This document shows, piece by piece, positions 16,175 to 24,062 of a stretch of 34,183 nucleotides of DNA (within the stretch, counting starts at the first letter, position 1; every line of letters begins with the position of its first letter). Position numbers and translations under genes: made by a program. Source of the stretch: Gemmatimonadales bacterium (GTDB taxonomy: Bacteria > Gemmatimonadota > Gemmatimonadetes > Gemmatimonadales > GWC2-71-9); NCBI GenBank assembly GCA_035278325.1, contig DATEJD010000458.1, positions 1 through 34,183 on the forward strand. Direction: 5' to 3'. The notes beneath the pieces were generated by a model, which searched no databases, was not told where the DNA came from, and was given only the letters and a program-made list of their open reading frames with translations.

Positions 16175-17238
16175 GCGGCGGTGATCGGCCACCGACCGCC
16201 AAGGGTCATCTCTTCCACCGCCTCGTGGTAGAGCCGCTCGTATTCCGAGGTCATTCGCCGGCTGTTGAACCGCGTGGCCGCGCGGGACCGGATGGCCTGC
16301 CGATCGAGCCGGTCGACCGGGCCGCCGGGCCGGATGAACCCGACCAGCTCCTCGAACGTGTCCGCGATCAGCCCCGTCACGCCGTGCTCGACCAGTTCGG
16401 GCACGCTGCCCCGCCGAAAGGCGACAACCGGGCACCCCGACAGCATCGCCTCGATGAACGTCAGCCCGAACGGCTCATTCCACTCGATGGGAGCGACCAG
16501 GGCGCGAGCGTCCCGCAACAGCGGCACCTTCTGGCCGCTGCCGATGCAGCCCAGGTAGGTCACGTGAGGGCGGCGGAGGCGCGGCTCGACTTCGCTGCGA
16601 CCGAAATCGGCGTTCCGGGGATGCGTTTCGCCGGCCACCCGAATGGGCACACCGGCCTGCTCGGCGGCATCGATCGCAATGTGGACGCCTTTTTCGGGCG
16701 CGAACCGCCCCACAAAGCAGACGAACGGGCCCGGGCGCTGGGTCCAGCGGAACCGCGACGGATCGAGGCCGTGGTGGATGATCGTGCAGCGGGCGACGCC
16801 GGTTTCCCGGCGGGACTGATCCCCGGAGATGGCGACGAACGACACCTCCGGGAACTGGGCGTAGTAGGCAGACAGCTCGGGGTCGCGGGCATGGTGCAGG
16901 GTATACACCAGCGGCGTTCCCGGCACGAACCGGCCCATCGCCAGCGCCGCCGCGCCGTGGGCATGGATCACGTCATAGCGACCCTGTGCCACCTCGCTCA
17001 TGGCCCAGGCAGTGTGATTCAGGTCGGTAAAGGATCCGGGTGGCCATTGCGCAGTGGGGTACAACGAGCACAGCGGTGCGCGGGTTCGGGAGTCTCCGGT
17101 CGCGAACAAGGTGACATCGTGACCGCGATCCAGCAGCCCTTCGACCAACTCGTAAACCACCAGCTCCGTTCCCCCGTAGAGTCGAGGGGGCACCGGAACG
17201 AACGGTGTGGACACCATGGCAATTCGCATACGTGGCAT
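16171..17238 (-). CDS. GT4-family (GT-B fold) glycosyltransferase
   Basis: MRIAMVSTPFVPVPPRLYGGTELVVYEL N-terminus. C-terminal EPFGLTFIEAMLSGCPVVA (E-x7-E-like). Start at ATG 17238 or 17229; the track start 17304 is less likely. Confidence 0.8.
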   Translation of the reverse strand: MPRMRIAMVSTPFVPVPPRLYGGTELVVYELVEGLLDRGHDVTLFATGDSRTRAPLCSLYPTAQWPPGSFTDLNHTAWAMSEVAQGRYDVIHAHGAAALAMGRFVPGTPLVYTLHHARDPELSAYYAQFPEVSFVAISGDQSRRETGVARCTIIHHGLDPSRFRWTQRPGPFVCFVGRFAPEKGVHIAIDAAEQAGVPIRVAGETHPRNADFGRSEVEPRLRRPHVTYLGCIGSGQKVPLLRDARALVAPIEWNEPFGLTFIEAMLSGCPVVAFRRGSVPELVEHGVTGLIADTFEELVGFIRPGGPVDRLDRQAIRSRAATRFNSRRMTSEYERLYHEAVEEMTLGGRWPITAA

Positions 17239-17582
17239 GACCCATCTGGAACGGCCCGGGGTCGACGGCCGGCCAATCCCGCACCCGACCCCACGCTTTA
17301 TCAACAGTTACACTCGTGGGCAGGGGTCGGCAACCACCTCGATGCCTGTGGGACTGTCCATGCGCTCCGTCACGTTTCCGTGCAGCCGGTGGCCGCTTTT
17401 CGCACCCAGTGAGCGTGTGCCCACCTTCGACGTGCGAGGGACCATCTGATGATCACACACCGAGTCGGGGCCGTTTTGGCCGCATGGACCGCGGCCAGAC
17501 CTCGTCCGACAGTGGTGCCACCTGGACCGTGGCCTTGGACGGCCTTTACATCAAGCGAAAGGGCTAGCCCGGTCCAGGCCGA

Positions 17583-18212
17583 CTAGTTCGCGATGAGGCG
17601 CAGGGGCCGAAGCGGCGAACGGACCGTGCGGGTATCGGCCATGAGGGCGCGAACCCACCAGCGGTACTCGCCTGGCGGCAGCGCGCGAGCCGAGTCCGGT
17701 GTGGCGGAGGTATCCGCGGTGGCGGCCGATGCGGCGACGGCCCCCGTGCTGTCCAGCAGCTCGACCTCGTAGCGGGTCGCTCCCGCCACCCGGCGCCAGA
17801 CGAACGTGAGTGGCTGGCCCGCCGGCATGTCGGCCTCGGGCTGGACCAACACGACACCGCCAGTCTCGCCGCGGCTGGTATCATCCGCGGGGTGGCGCAG
17901 GAGCTGGCGGCCGAGCCCGACCGCGAGCAGCAGCGTGGCGGCGAGAGCGGCGGGCATGACCCAGCTGCGGCGCGTGGCGCCGCCGGTCGCGACACCGGCC
18001 GCGGTGCCGGCGCGCTCGACGCTACGGAGCAGGTCGAAGTCGCGGCGGCACTCGACGCAGCTCATGACGTGGTCGAGCGTGGCCAGGCGCTCGTCTTCGG
18101 GTCCCTCGCGCCGGGCCAGGGCGGCGAGAGCCTCGGGCGCCGGGTGCGTCGTGCCGGCCGGACGGCCGGCCAGGGACGCCGCATACAGTTCGCGCAGACG
18201 TTCGTCGCTCAC
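17583..18212 (-). CDS. Anti-sigma factor (zf-HC2 N-terminal domain, one TM helix, periplasmic Ig/FN3-like C-terminal domain)
   Basis: HVMSCVECRRDFDLL zinc-finger-like motif. TM helix WVMPAALAATLLLAVGLG. GTG 18212 is preceded by GGAGG at 5 nt and overlaps the sigma stop as GTGA. The track start 18317 lies inside the sigma gene. Confidence 0.75.
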   Translation of the reverse strand: MSDERLRELYAASLAGRPAGTTHPAPEALAALARREGPEDERLATLDHVMSCVECRRDFDLLRSVERAGTAAGVATGGATRRSWVMPAALAATLLLAVGLGRQLLRHPADDTSRGETGGVVLVQPEADMPAGQPLTFVWRRVAGATRYEVELLDSTGAVAASAATADTSATPDSARALPPGEYRWWVRALMADTRTVRSPLRPLRLIAN

Positions 18213-18823
18213 GATGCCTCCTCGGCGCGTTCCCACCCCACCCCCATCTCCTGAAGTCGCTCCCGCAGGTCCGCCAGCCCGCGGTAGAGCAGGTTGCGCG
18301 TCTTGCCTTCGGTCCATCCCATCAGCTCCGCGATTTCCTCCCGCGGGTGACCGGTCAGGTACATCTTGACCACGGATCGGCGCGAGGCGGGGATCGTTTC
18401 GAGGGCCCGAGCGACCTGGTCGGCCACTTCCGAGCCCTCGAGCGCGCCGTGGGGATCGGGCGCGGGCTCCGCGAGGGTCACGGCAGCCCCCTCGTCGTCC
18501 AGGGACTGATGGTGCTCGGCCCGGCGGGAGCGCCGGCGGCGGATCACGTCGAGGGCGGCCGAGCTCGCCGTCCGGTATACGTAAGACGTGGAGACCTCGC
18601 CGATCTGCTCACTGGTGCGCTGCGCCCGCCACAGCCGGATACGGACTTCCTGCAGGACCTCGTCCACGTCGGAATCGTCCAGCCGGTAGCGTCGGCTCAC
18701 CTGACGGACCATGGCGCCGAATCGTGTGAGGACCGCCTCGACCGCGAGCGACAGATGGTGATCGGTTTCCGGCAGGGTCATGCCGGAAGTATCGAAGCCC
18801 CGGGCTGGAGGCGCCAGCGGCAC
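18209..18823 (-). CDS. ECF-type RNA polymerase sigma-70 family factor
   Basis: Region 2 (VRQVSRRYRLDDSDVDEVLQEVRIRLWRA) and region 4 (YLTGHPREEIAELMGWTEGKTRNLLYRGLADLRERL). Alternative start at ATG 18781. Confidence 0.85.
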   Translation of the reverse strand: MPLAPPARGFDTSGMTLPETDHHLSLAVEAVLTRFGAMVRQVSRRYRLDDSDVDEVLQEVRIRLWRAQRTSEQIGEVSTSYVYRTASSAALDVIRRRRSRRAEHHQSLDDEGAAVTLAEPAPDPHGALEGSEVADQVARALETIPASRRSVVKMYLTGHPREEIAELMGWTEGKTRNLLYRGLADLRERLQEMGVGWERAEEAS

Positions 18824-18842
18824 CTGTCCCTCTCAACGGGAA

Positions 18843-18868
18843 GGGGGCGTGCGGTGAGGCACGCCCCC
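18843..18868 (-). terminator. Strong GC hairpin / intrinsic terminator after the cupredoxin gene
   Basis: GGGGGCGTGC (18843-52) pairs with GCACGCCCCC (18859-68): a perfect 10-bp stem with a 6-nt loop, 20 nt past the stop at 18888. On the minus strand it is followed by TTCCCGTT. Confidence 0.65.
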
Positions 18869-18887
18869 TTCGTTGCCGCCCCGACGC

Positions 18888-19718
18888 CTAGCGTGCGGCG
18901 AGCTTCTCGCTCACCTGGAACTCCTGCATCATGCCATGCTGGTAGTGCGCCCGGCCGTCCTTCCGGTCAGTGAGGAAGCAGATGAGCGCATAGCGACCGG
19001 GCTCGAGGTCCACGTGCATGTAGGACGTCCGCCCCACGGCGAGCGGGCTCACGCCGCCCAGGGGCAGGCCGGGCGGTGTGCCCACGCCACGCTCGATGAA
19101 GTCGACCACGTCCTGCGGCGTCTTGCCCGGCGCCAGCTGCACCAGCTCGAACTCGTGCCACTGGGTGCCCTCGTTGCGCACCTCCAGCACGTGCTTGCCG
19201 GCCGAGAGCGGGCGCGAGAGGAAGAACGTGTAGTCGCGGAGCGTCATCACGGCGTCCGCCTTGGGGGTCCGGGCAGGCCTGGACGTGGTCACCACGGTCA
19301 CCTGGCGGACCATGCCCTTCATCATGTGCGACACACCATCCTTGCTCGGAATGAGGCAGGCGACGACGTAGGTGCCGGGCTCGAGCGTCACGGTTACCGT
19401 GGCCTCGCCGCCCTCGGGCCGCGGCGCGTTGGGACCGCCGATATCCTGGAGCCAGCTCGGCAACGGCTGGCGCGCGGCGAGCCCCTTCAGCACGTCGTCG
19501 ATGGTGTGGCCCCCCTCCATGCGGGCCATCCAGATGTGGTGCAGCTCCTTGCCCTGGTTGACCAGGCGGAGGGTCACCGCTCCGGCCGGCAGGGTGTCGG
19601 GGAGCTCGAGGCTGTAGTCATGAGCGGTCACGGTCACGCTAGGCGCCACGGGGGCACGGAACCCGAGCGCCAGGGGCAGGGCGGCAAGACTCAGCAGGGC
19701 GGCGAAGACGGACTTCAT
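18888..19718 (-). CDS. Secreted tandem cupredoxin-like protein (two internally duplicated domains with candidate type-1 Cu ligands)
   Basis: ATG 19718 with AGGAGA 7 nt upstream. Signal peptide MKSVFAALLSLAALPLALG. Domain 1: ...NQGKELHHIW...LEPGTYVVACLIPSKDGVSHMMKGM. Domain 2: ...NEGTQWHEFE...LEPGRYALICFLTDRKDGRAHYQHGMM. The track start 19955 is upstream, inside the cupin gene. Confidence 0.65.
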   Translation of the reverse strand: MKSVFAALLSLAALPLALGFRAPVAPSVTVTAHDYSLELPDTLPAGAVTLRLVNQGKELHHIWMARMEGGHTIDDVLKGLAARQPLPSWLQDIGGPNAPRPEGGEATVTVTLEPGTYVVACLIPSKDGVSHMMKGMVRQVTVVTTSRPARTPKADAVMTLRDYTFFLSRPLSAGKHVLEVRNEGTQWHEFELVQLAPGKTPQDVVDFIERGVGTPPGLPLGGVSPLAVGRTSYMHVDLEPGRYALICFLTDRKDGRAHYQHGMMQEFQVSEKLAAR

Positions 19719-19807
19719 GGGTGGTCTCCTGGGGTGGATGTCGCTCGTGTTTCCCGTCAGACGACCCTTGGTCCGAATTCTTCTCACGGCGCCCGCGGCC
19801 GGACTGG

Positions 19808-20251
19808 TTACTCCTTGATAAAGGCAGCTACGGCGGGATCCCGACGGAGCGCCGCCAGCGCCGAGGCATCCGGTCGCTCGGGCACGTCCCGATCGCAATC
19901 CACCATGCAGAGGAAGCCGAGCGGCTCGTCGCCCCACGTCTGGAACTGGTGCCAAGTGAGCGGCGGGACCCGCACGAGATCGTGGGTGCGCGCCTCGACG
20001 ATGTGGTCGCCGACGAACACGCGCGCGGCCCCTCGGATGACCATGACCGCATGCGCGTGATGATGCCGCTCGAGCGATGACCAGCCACCCGGCGCGACCT
20101 CGAAGTAGCGCAGCTCGCAGCCGAGCCCGTCCCCTCCCTGAAACAGCACCTGGCGGGTGATGCCCGAGAAATGGGTCCCCTCGCCCTTGTAGGGCTTGAC
20201 CTCGATGCCGTGCCAGCGGAACGGCTGCGTCTGGCGAACGTGCTCGCTCAT
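19808..20251 (-). CDS. Cupin-domain protein (147 aa), translationally coupled to the RuBisCO-like protein
   Basis: MSEHVRQTQPFRWHGIEVKPY...FEVAPGGWSSLERHHHAHAVMVIRGAARV...THDLVRVPPLTWHQF (cupin motifs 1 and 2). ATG 20251 overlaps the RLP stop as ATGA. The track ORF 19808..20917 is an out-of-context extension. Confidence 0.8.
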   Translation of the reverse strand: MSEHVRQTQPFRWHGIEVKPYKGEGTHFSGITRQVLFQGGDGLGCELRYFEVAPGGWSSLERHHHAHAVMVIRGAARVFVGDHIVEARTHDLVRVPPLTWHQFQTWGDEPLGFLCMVDCDRDVPERPDASALAALRRDPAVAAFIKE

Positions 20252-21372
20252 CGGACGGCCTCCGCGGCGGCCCGCGCGACTCGATTCACCAGAATGCGGG
20301 TGCGCTCGAAGAGGTCCTGGTCGCCCTCGTAGAGACTCCCGCCGATCAGCAGGATGGCCTCGGTACCGTAGAACTCGAGCAGCTCGGGCACGCGCTCCAC
20401 CTTGATGCCGCCGGCGGGCACCGGAAACGCCGAGCGGACACAGGGATGCTCGGCCCGGAGCTGGGCGGCTATCGCGCGGCAGGTCTCGGGACTGTATGCG
20501 AACCGCCCGCCGGCATGGGGATAGATCACCGCGTCGGCGCCGAACCAGCGGAACAGCTTGCCGACGAGCGTCGGCTCCTCCGCGCGGAGCACGCCCCCGA
20601 ACGATGGATGCGCGAGCAGCGGCAGTCCCTCCGGGAGCGCCGCGAGCTGCGCCAGCAGGGGCAGCCCCAGCACCATGGGCGAGACGAGCGCGAGCTTGAC
20701 GCCGGTGTCCCGGGCGAACTCCAGCTGGCGCGCGATGCGGTCGGGCGTGCCGATCAGGTTGGGGACGTACACCGAGGTTCGACCAGTCTCGCGCGCGGCG
20801 TCTTCCACCGCCCGGAGGCAGGCCTCTACCCGAGCCTCGAAGGGACAGAACGGGTGGTCGGCCAGGCCGTGGTCGTCCTTGATCAGGTCCATGCCGGCAC
20901 GCGCGAACAGGCCGCACAGGGCCGCGAGACGGTCAGGGCGAAGTCCCATGGGCTTGAGCGCGGTCGCGAGCAAGGGCCGGCCGGTCGCGCCGGCAAGCTC
21001 GCGGATGCCGGCGATGCCCGCCCGAGGCCCTGGCAGCCAGGCGAAAGCCGACTCGGGCAGCTCGATATCGCCCAGGACCACGTCCGGCTGGAGCGAGCAG
21101 TTGCCGAACGCCACGTTGAGCAGCTGCGCGGGGTCGCCCACGGTCGCAAGCGGCTGCGCGATGGTCACGCGATAGAGCTCGTCGCTCACGGGCTCGATCC
21201 CCTCGACGCTGCCGAGGATGTGGCCGGCCACCCACGCGTCGCGTGCCGCGGTGGAGCGGGGAAGCTCGACGGTCTGCTCCAGCATCAGGGCCTCGGCGCG
21301 GGCCGCGATCTGGCGCGCCGGGGCACGGACGAGGTACGTGACCCGCAGCGCCTCCTCGCTCCTCAAGGGCAC
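20248..21372 (-). CDS. Form IV RuBisCO large-subunit-like protein (RLP)
   Basis: 374 aa. ATALKPMGL (K175 equivalent kept, K177 position is M). DLIKDDHGL (K201 and D203 kept, E204 position is H). LLAHPSFGG, IYPHAGGRF, PVPAGGIK, LLIGGSLY match the RuBisCO large-subunit barrel. GTG start. Confidence 0.85.
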   Translation of the reverse strand: MPLRSEEALRVTYLVRAPARQIAARAEALMLEQTVELPRSTAARDAWVAGHILGSVEGIEPVSDELYRVTIAQPLATVGDPAQLLNVAFGNCSLQPDVVLGDIELPESAFAWLPGPRAGIAGIRELAGATGRPLLATALKPMGLRPDRLAALCGLFARAGMDLIKDDHGLADHPFCPFEARVEACLRAVEDAARETGRTSVYVPNLIGTPDRIARQLEFARDTGVKLALVSPMVLGLPLLAQLAALPEGLPLLAHPSFGGVLRAEEPTLVGKLFRWFGADAVIYPHAGGRFAYSPETCRAIAAQLRAEHPCVRSAFPVPAGGIKVERVPELLEFYGTEAILLIGGSLYEGDQDLFERTRILVNRVARAAAEAVR

Positions 21373-21406
21373 CTCCGCAGGGGTAGAAGGGTGGAGCGCG
21401 GTCCTT

Positions 21407-21419
21407 GGGTATTATACCC
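21407..21419 (-). promoter_or_regulatory. 13-bp palindrome GGGTATtATACCC containing a perfect TATAAT on the minus strand, about 35 nt upstream of the RLP start
   Basis: Read directly. The minus strand reads GGGTATAATACCC. No good -35 element at 17-18 nt, so the promoter assignment is tentative; it could equally be an operator. Confidence 0.3.
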
Positions 21420-21481
21420 GCGCACCGACCGATGACGACGGGTGCTTGCCAATCCTCTCGTGAGCCGACACGTTGCCTGCC

Positions 21482-23071
21482 ATGCCGACACCCATCCTCG
21501 CGTTCCGCCTCGCCGCCGCCACCGCGTCGGCCGCACTCTTCACCTCGACCGCCCAGGCTCAGAAGCCGGTCGCGCCGCCGCCGGGGTTCGACGGGTACGT
21601 CGCGCAGGTGCTCAAGACCTTCACGGTCCCCGGCGTCGCGATCGCCATCGTGAAGGACGGGAAGGTGGTCCTCGCGAAGGGATACGGCGTGCGCCGCCTG
21701 GGTGATCCCACGCCGGTGGACGGGCAGACCCAATTTGGTATCGCGTCGAACACGAAGCTGTTCACCGCCACGGCTCTGGCGACGCTGGTCGAGGCCGGCA
21801 GGATCGAGTGGGATGCCCCGGTCATCCGCTATCTACCATCCTTCGCGATGTATGACCCCTACGTCACCCGGGAGCTCACGGTGCGTGACCTGCTGGTGCA
21901 CCGGAGCGGGCTCGGGCTCGGCGCGGGAGACCTGCTCTGGTGGCCCGCGTCCACCTACGACCGGCAGGAGATCGCCCGGCGGCTCCGGTACATCAAGCCG
22001 GCGACCTCGTTCCGAACCGCGTACGCCTACGACAACGTCCTCTACCTCGTGGCCGGCGAGCTGATCGAAGCCGTCTCGGGGCAGAGCTGGGAGGACTACG
22101 TTCGTACCCACATCCTCGAGCCCGCGGGGATGACCCACAGCGATGTCCGCCACTCGGCGGCCGGGCGCGGGGGCAACGTGGCGACCCCGCACGCGGAGGT
22201 AAACGACACGGTCCGCCCCGTCGCGCCGTTCCTGAGCGACAACACCAACCCGGCTGGCGGCATCGTGTCGGGCGCGGAAGACCTCGCCAGATGGCTCGTC
22301 ATCCAGCTCGATTCCGGCCGGGTGGCGGGGGGTGCCGCGATCTTCTCGCCGGCGAGCACACGCCAGCTCTGGCGTGAGGTGACCCCCGAGCCGATCGGCG
22401 ATCCGACGCCCGGCCTGGAGGAGCTCCGGCCCCGTTTCCTGGGCTATGCGCTGGGGGTCGAGACGCGGGACTTTCGCGGCAAGCAGATGCTGACCCACAC
22501 CGGCGGATTGCCGGGATACGTCTCGAGGCTCGCCATGATCCCGGAGCTGCGCCTGGGCGTCGCGGTGCTGACCAACCAGGAGTCGGGCCTTGCATTCAAC
22601 GCGCTGGTCTATCGGGTGCTGGATCATTACCTGGGCGCCAAGTCCCCCGATTACGTGGGGATCTACGGCCGGCTACTGGCACAGAACCGGTCCAAGCTCG
22701 CCGCCGATGCCGCCGCCGCGTCCGCGGAGCGGGACTCGACGTCGGGCCCGTCTCTGGCGCCGGCCAGGTACGCCGGTCTCTACCGCGATGCGTGGTACGG
22801 CGATGTCAGCATCGCCCAGGAGAACGGCGGCCTGGTCATCCGCATGAAGCAGACGCCGGGGATGGTGGGCGACCTGCGGCACTGGCAGCACGACACGTTT
22901 CTGGCGCGCTGGCGCGATCGCGAGCTCCGCGCCGACGCGTACGTGACGTTCGCGCTCAACCCCGACGGCAGCATCGACCAGGTGAGAATGGCGCCCGCGT
23001 CGGCGGACGTGGACTTCAGCTTCGACTTCCAGGACCTCCTGCTCCGGCCGGTCGCGAGCGGAGCACCCTGA
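21482..23071 (+). CDS. Secreted serine hydrolase, beta-lactamase fold with C-terminal lipocalin-like (DUF3471-type) extension
   Basis: SxxK in FGIASNTKLFTATALATLVEAGRIEWDAPV. Signal peptide MPTPILAFRLAAATASAALFTSTAQAQ. ATG 21482 preferred over the TTG at 21473 used by the track. Confidence 0.8.
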   Translation: MPTPILAFRLAAATASAALFTSTAQAQKPVAPPPGFDGYVAQVLKTFTVPGVAIAIVKDGKVVLAKGYGVRRLGDPTPVDGQTQFGIASNTKLFTATALATLVEAGRIEWDAPVIRYLPSFAMYDPYVTRELTVRDLLVHRSGLGLGAGDLLWWPASTYDRQEIARRLRYIKPATSFRTAYAYDNVLYLVAGELIEAVSGQSWEDYVRTHILEPAGMTHSDVRHSAAGRGGNVATPHAEVNDTVRPVAPFLSDNTNPAGGIVSGAEDLARWLVIQLDSGRVAGGAAIFSPASTRQLWREVTPEPIGDPTPGLEELRPRFLGYALGVETRDFRGKQMLTHTGGLPGYVSRLAMIPELRLGVAVLTNQESGLAFNALVYRVLDHYLGAKSPDYVGIYGRLLAQNRSKLAADAAAASAERDSTSGPSLAPARYAGLYRDAWYGDVSIAQENGGLVIRMKQTPGMVGDLRHWQHDTFLARWRDRELRADAYVTFALNPDGSIDQVRMAPASADVDFSFDFQDLLLRPVASGAP

Positions 23072-23117
23072 GGCGCCGGCCCGCGCCCCGTCGCGCGGCG
23101 TTCTGAGGAGTCACCTC

Positions 23118-24062
23118 GTGCAGCACCCGATTCGCCACCTGCATCACGTCACCGCCACCGTGGCCGAGGCCCGCCCCGATCTGGCCTTCTGTCGCGGACT
23201 GCTGGGACTTCGTCTGGTCAAGCGCACCGTCAACTTCGACAATCACAACGTCTACCATTTCTACTACGGCACCGAGCAGGGCGCGCCGGGCACGATCTGG
23301 ACCACCTTCCCGTACGCGGGCTGGCAGGTGCCGCCGGGGACGCAGGGCGCGGGGCAGATCGTCGCGACCGCCTTCTCGGTGCCAGCCGGCAGCCTGGAGC
23401 TGTGGCGAGCCCGGGTGACCGCCGCCGGCCTCCCGGCCAACGAGGGTCACGATCCATTCGGAGCTCCGCAGCTGGCGATTCGCGATCCGTCCGGCCTGGT
23501 GCTCGAGCTGGTCGCCGACGAGCGCGATCGCCGCGCGCCGTGGCCCGGCGGTGGCGTCGACCGCGCGGCGGCGATCCGGGGCCTTCACGGCGTGACCCTC
23601 CTCCTCCGCGAGCGTGCACCGACCATATCCCTGATGACCGGCCTGCTCGGCTTCGCGGTGGTCGATGAAGGCCCCAACCGCACCCGGCTGGCCGTCGGCG
23701 GGAACGCGCCGGGACACCTGGTCGACCTCGTCGTCTCCGCGGATGCGCCACCGGCCCGGAACGGCCTCGGGACCGTACATCACGTGGCGTTCGCGATCGC
23801 CAGCGCGGAGGAACAGCTTCGGCTGCGCGCCGAGCTGGTGCGGCTGGGCCATGAGGTGACCCCGGTCCGCGACCGCACCTACTTCCAGTCGATCTACTTC
23901 CGCGAGCCCGGCGGGGTGTTGTTCGAGGTGGCCACGATGTCACCGGGCTTCACCTTCGACGAGCCGCTGGATCGACTGGGCAGCGGCCTCAAGCTGCCGC
24001 CGTGGGAGGAGCCGCACCGCGCCGCGATCGAGGCCGCGCTCCCGCCGCTCGGCCCAGAATGA
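23118..24062 (+). CDS. VOC-superfamily ring-cleaving dioxygenase / glyoxalase-family protein (two-module)
   Basis: IRHLHHVTATVAEARPDLAFCRGLLGLRLVKRTVNFDNHNVYHFYYG, a second module with VHHVAFAI, and YFQSIYFREPGGVLFEVAT. GTG start with GAGGAG 7 nt upstream. Confidence 0.75.
   Translation: MQHPIRHLHHVTATVAEARPDLAFCRGLLGLRLVKRTVNFDNHNVYHFYYGTEQGAPGTIWTTFPYAGWQVPPGTQGAGQIVATAFSVPAGSLELWRARVTAAGLPANEGHDPFGAPQLAIRDPSGLVLELVADERDRRAPWPGGGVDRAAAIRGLHGVTLLLRERAPTISLMTGLLGFAVVDEGPNRTRLAVGGNAPGHLVDLVVSADAPPARNGLGTVHHVAFAIASAEEQLRLRAELVRLGHEVTPVRDRTYFQSIYFREPGGVLFEVATMSPGFTFDEPLDRLGSGLKLPPWEEPHRAAIEAALPPLGPE

Noticed and set aside
17207-17567. Small plus-strand ORFs 17207..17449 and 17316..17567 in the long intergenic gap
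   Set aside because: They have no SD, odd composition (Cys/Pro/Arg/Ser-rich) and no GC3 coding bias. One overlaps the GT4 start region on the opposite strand.
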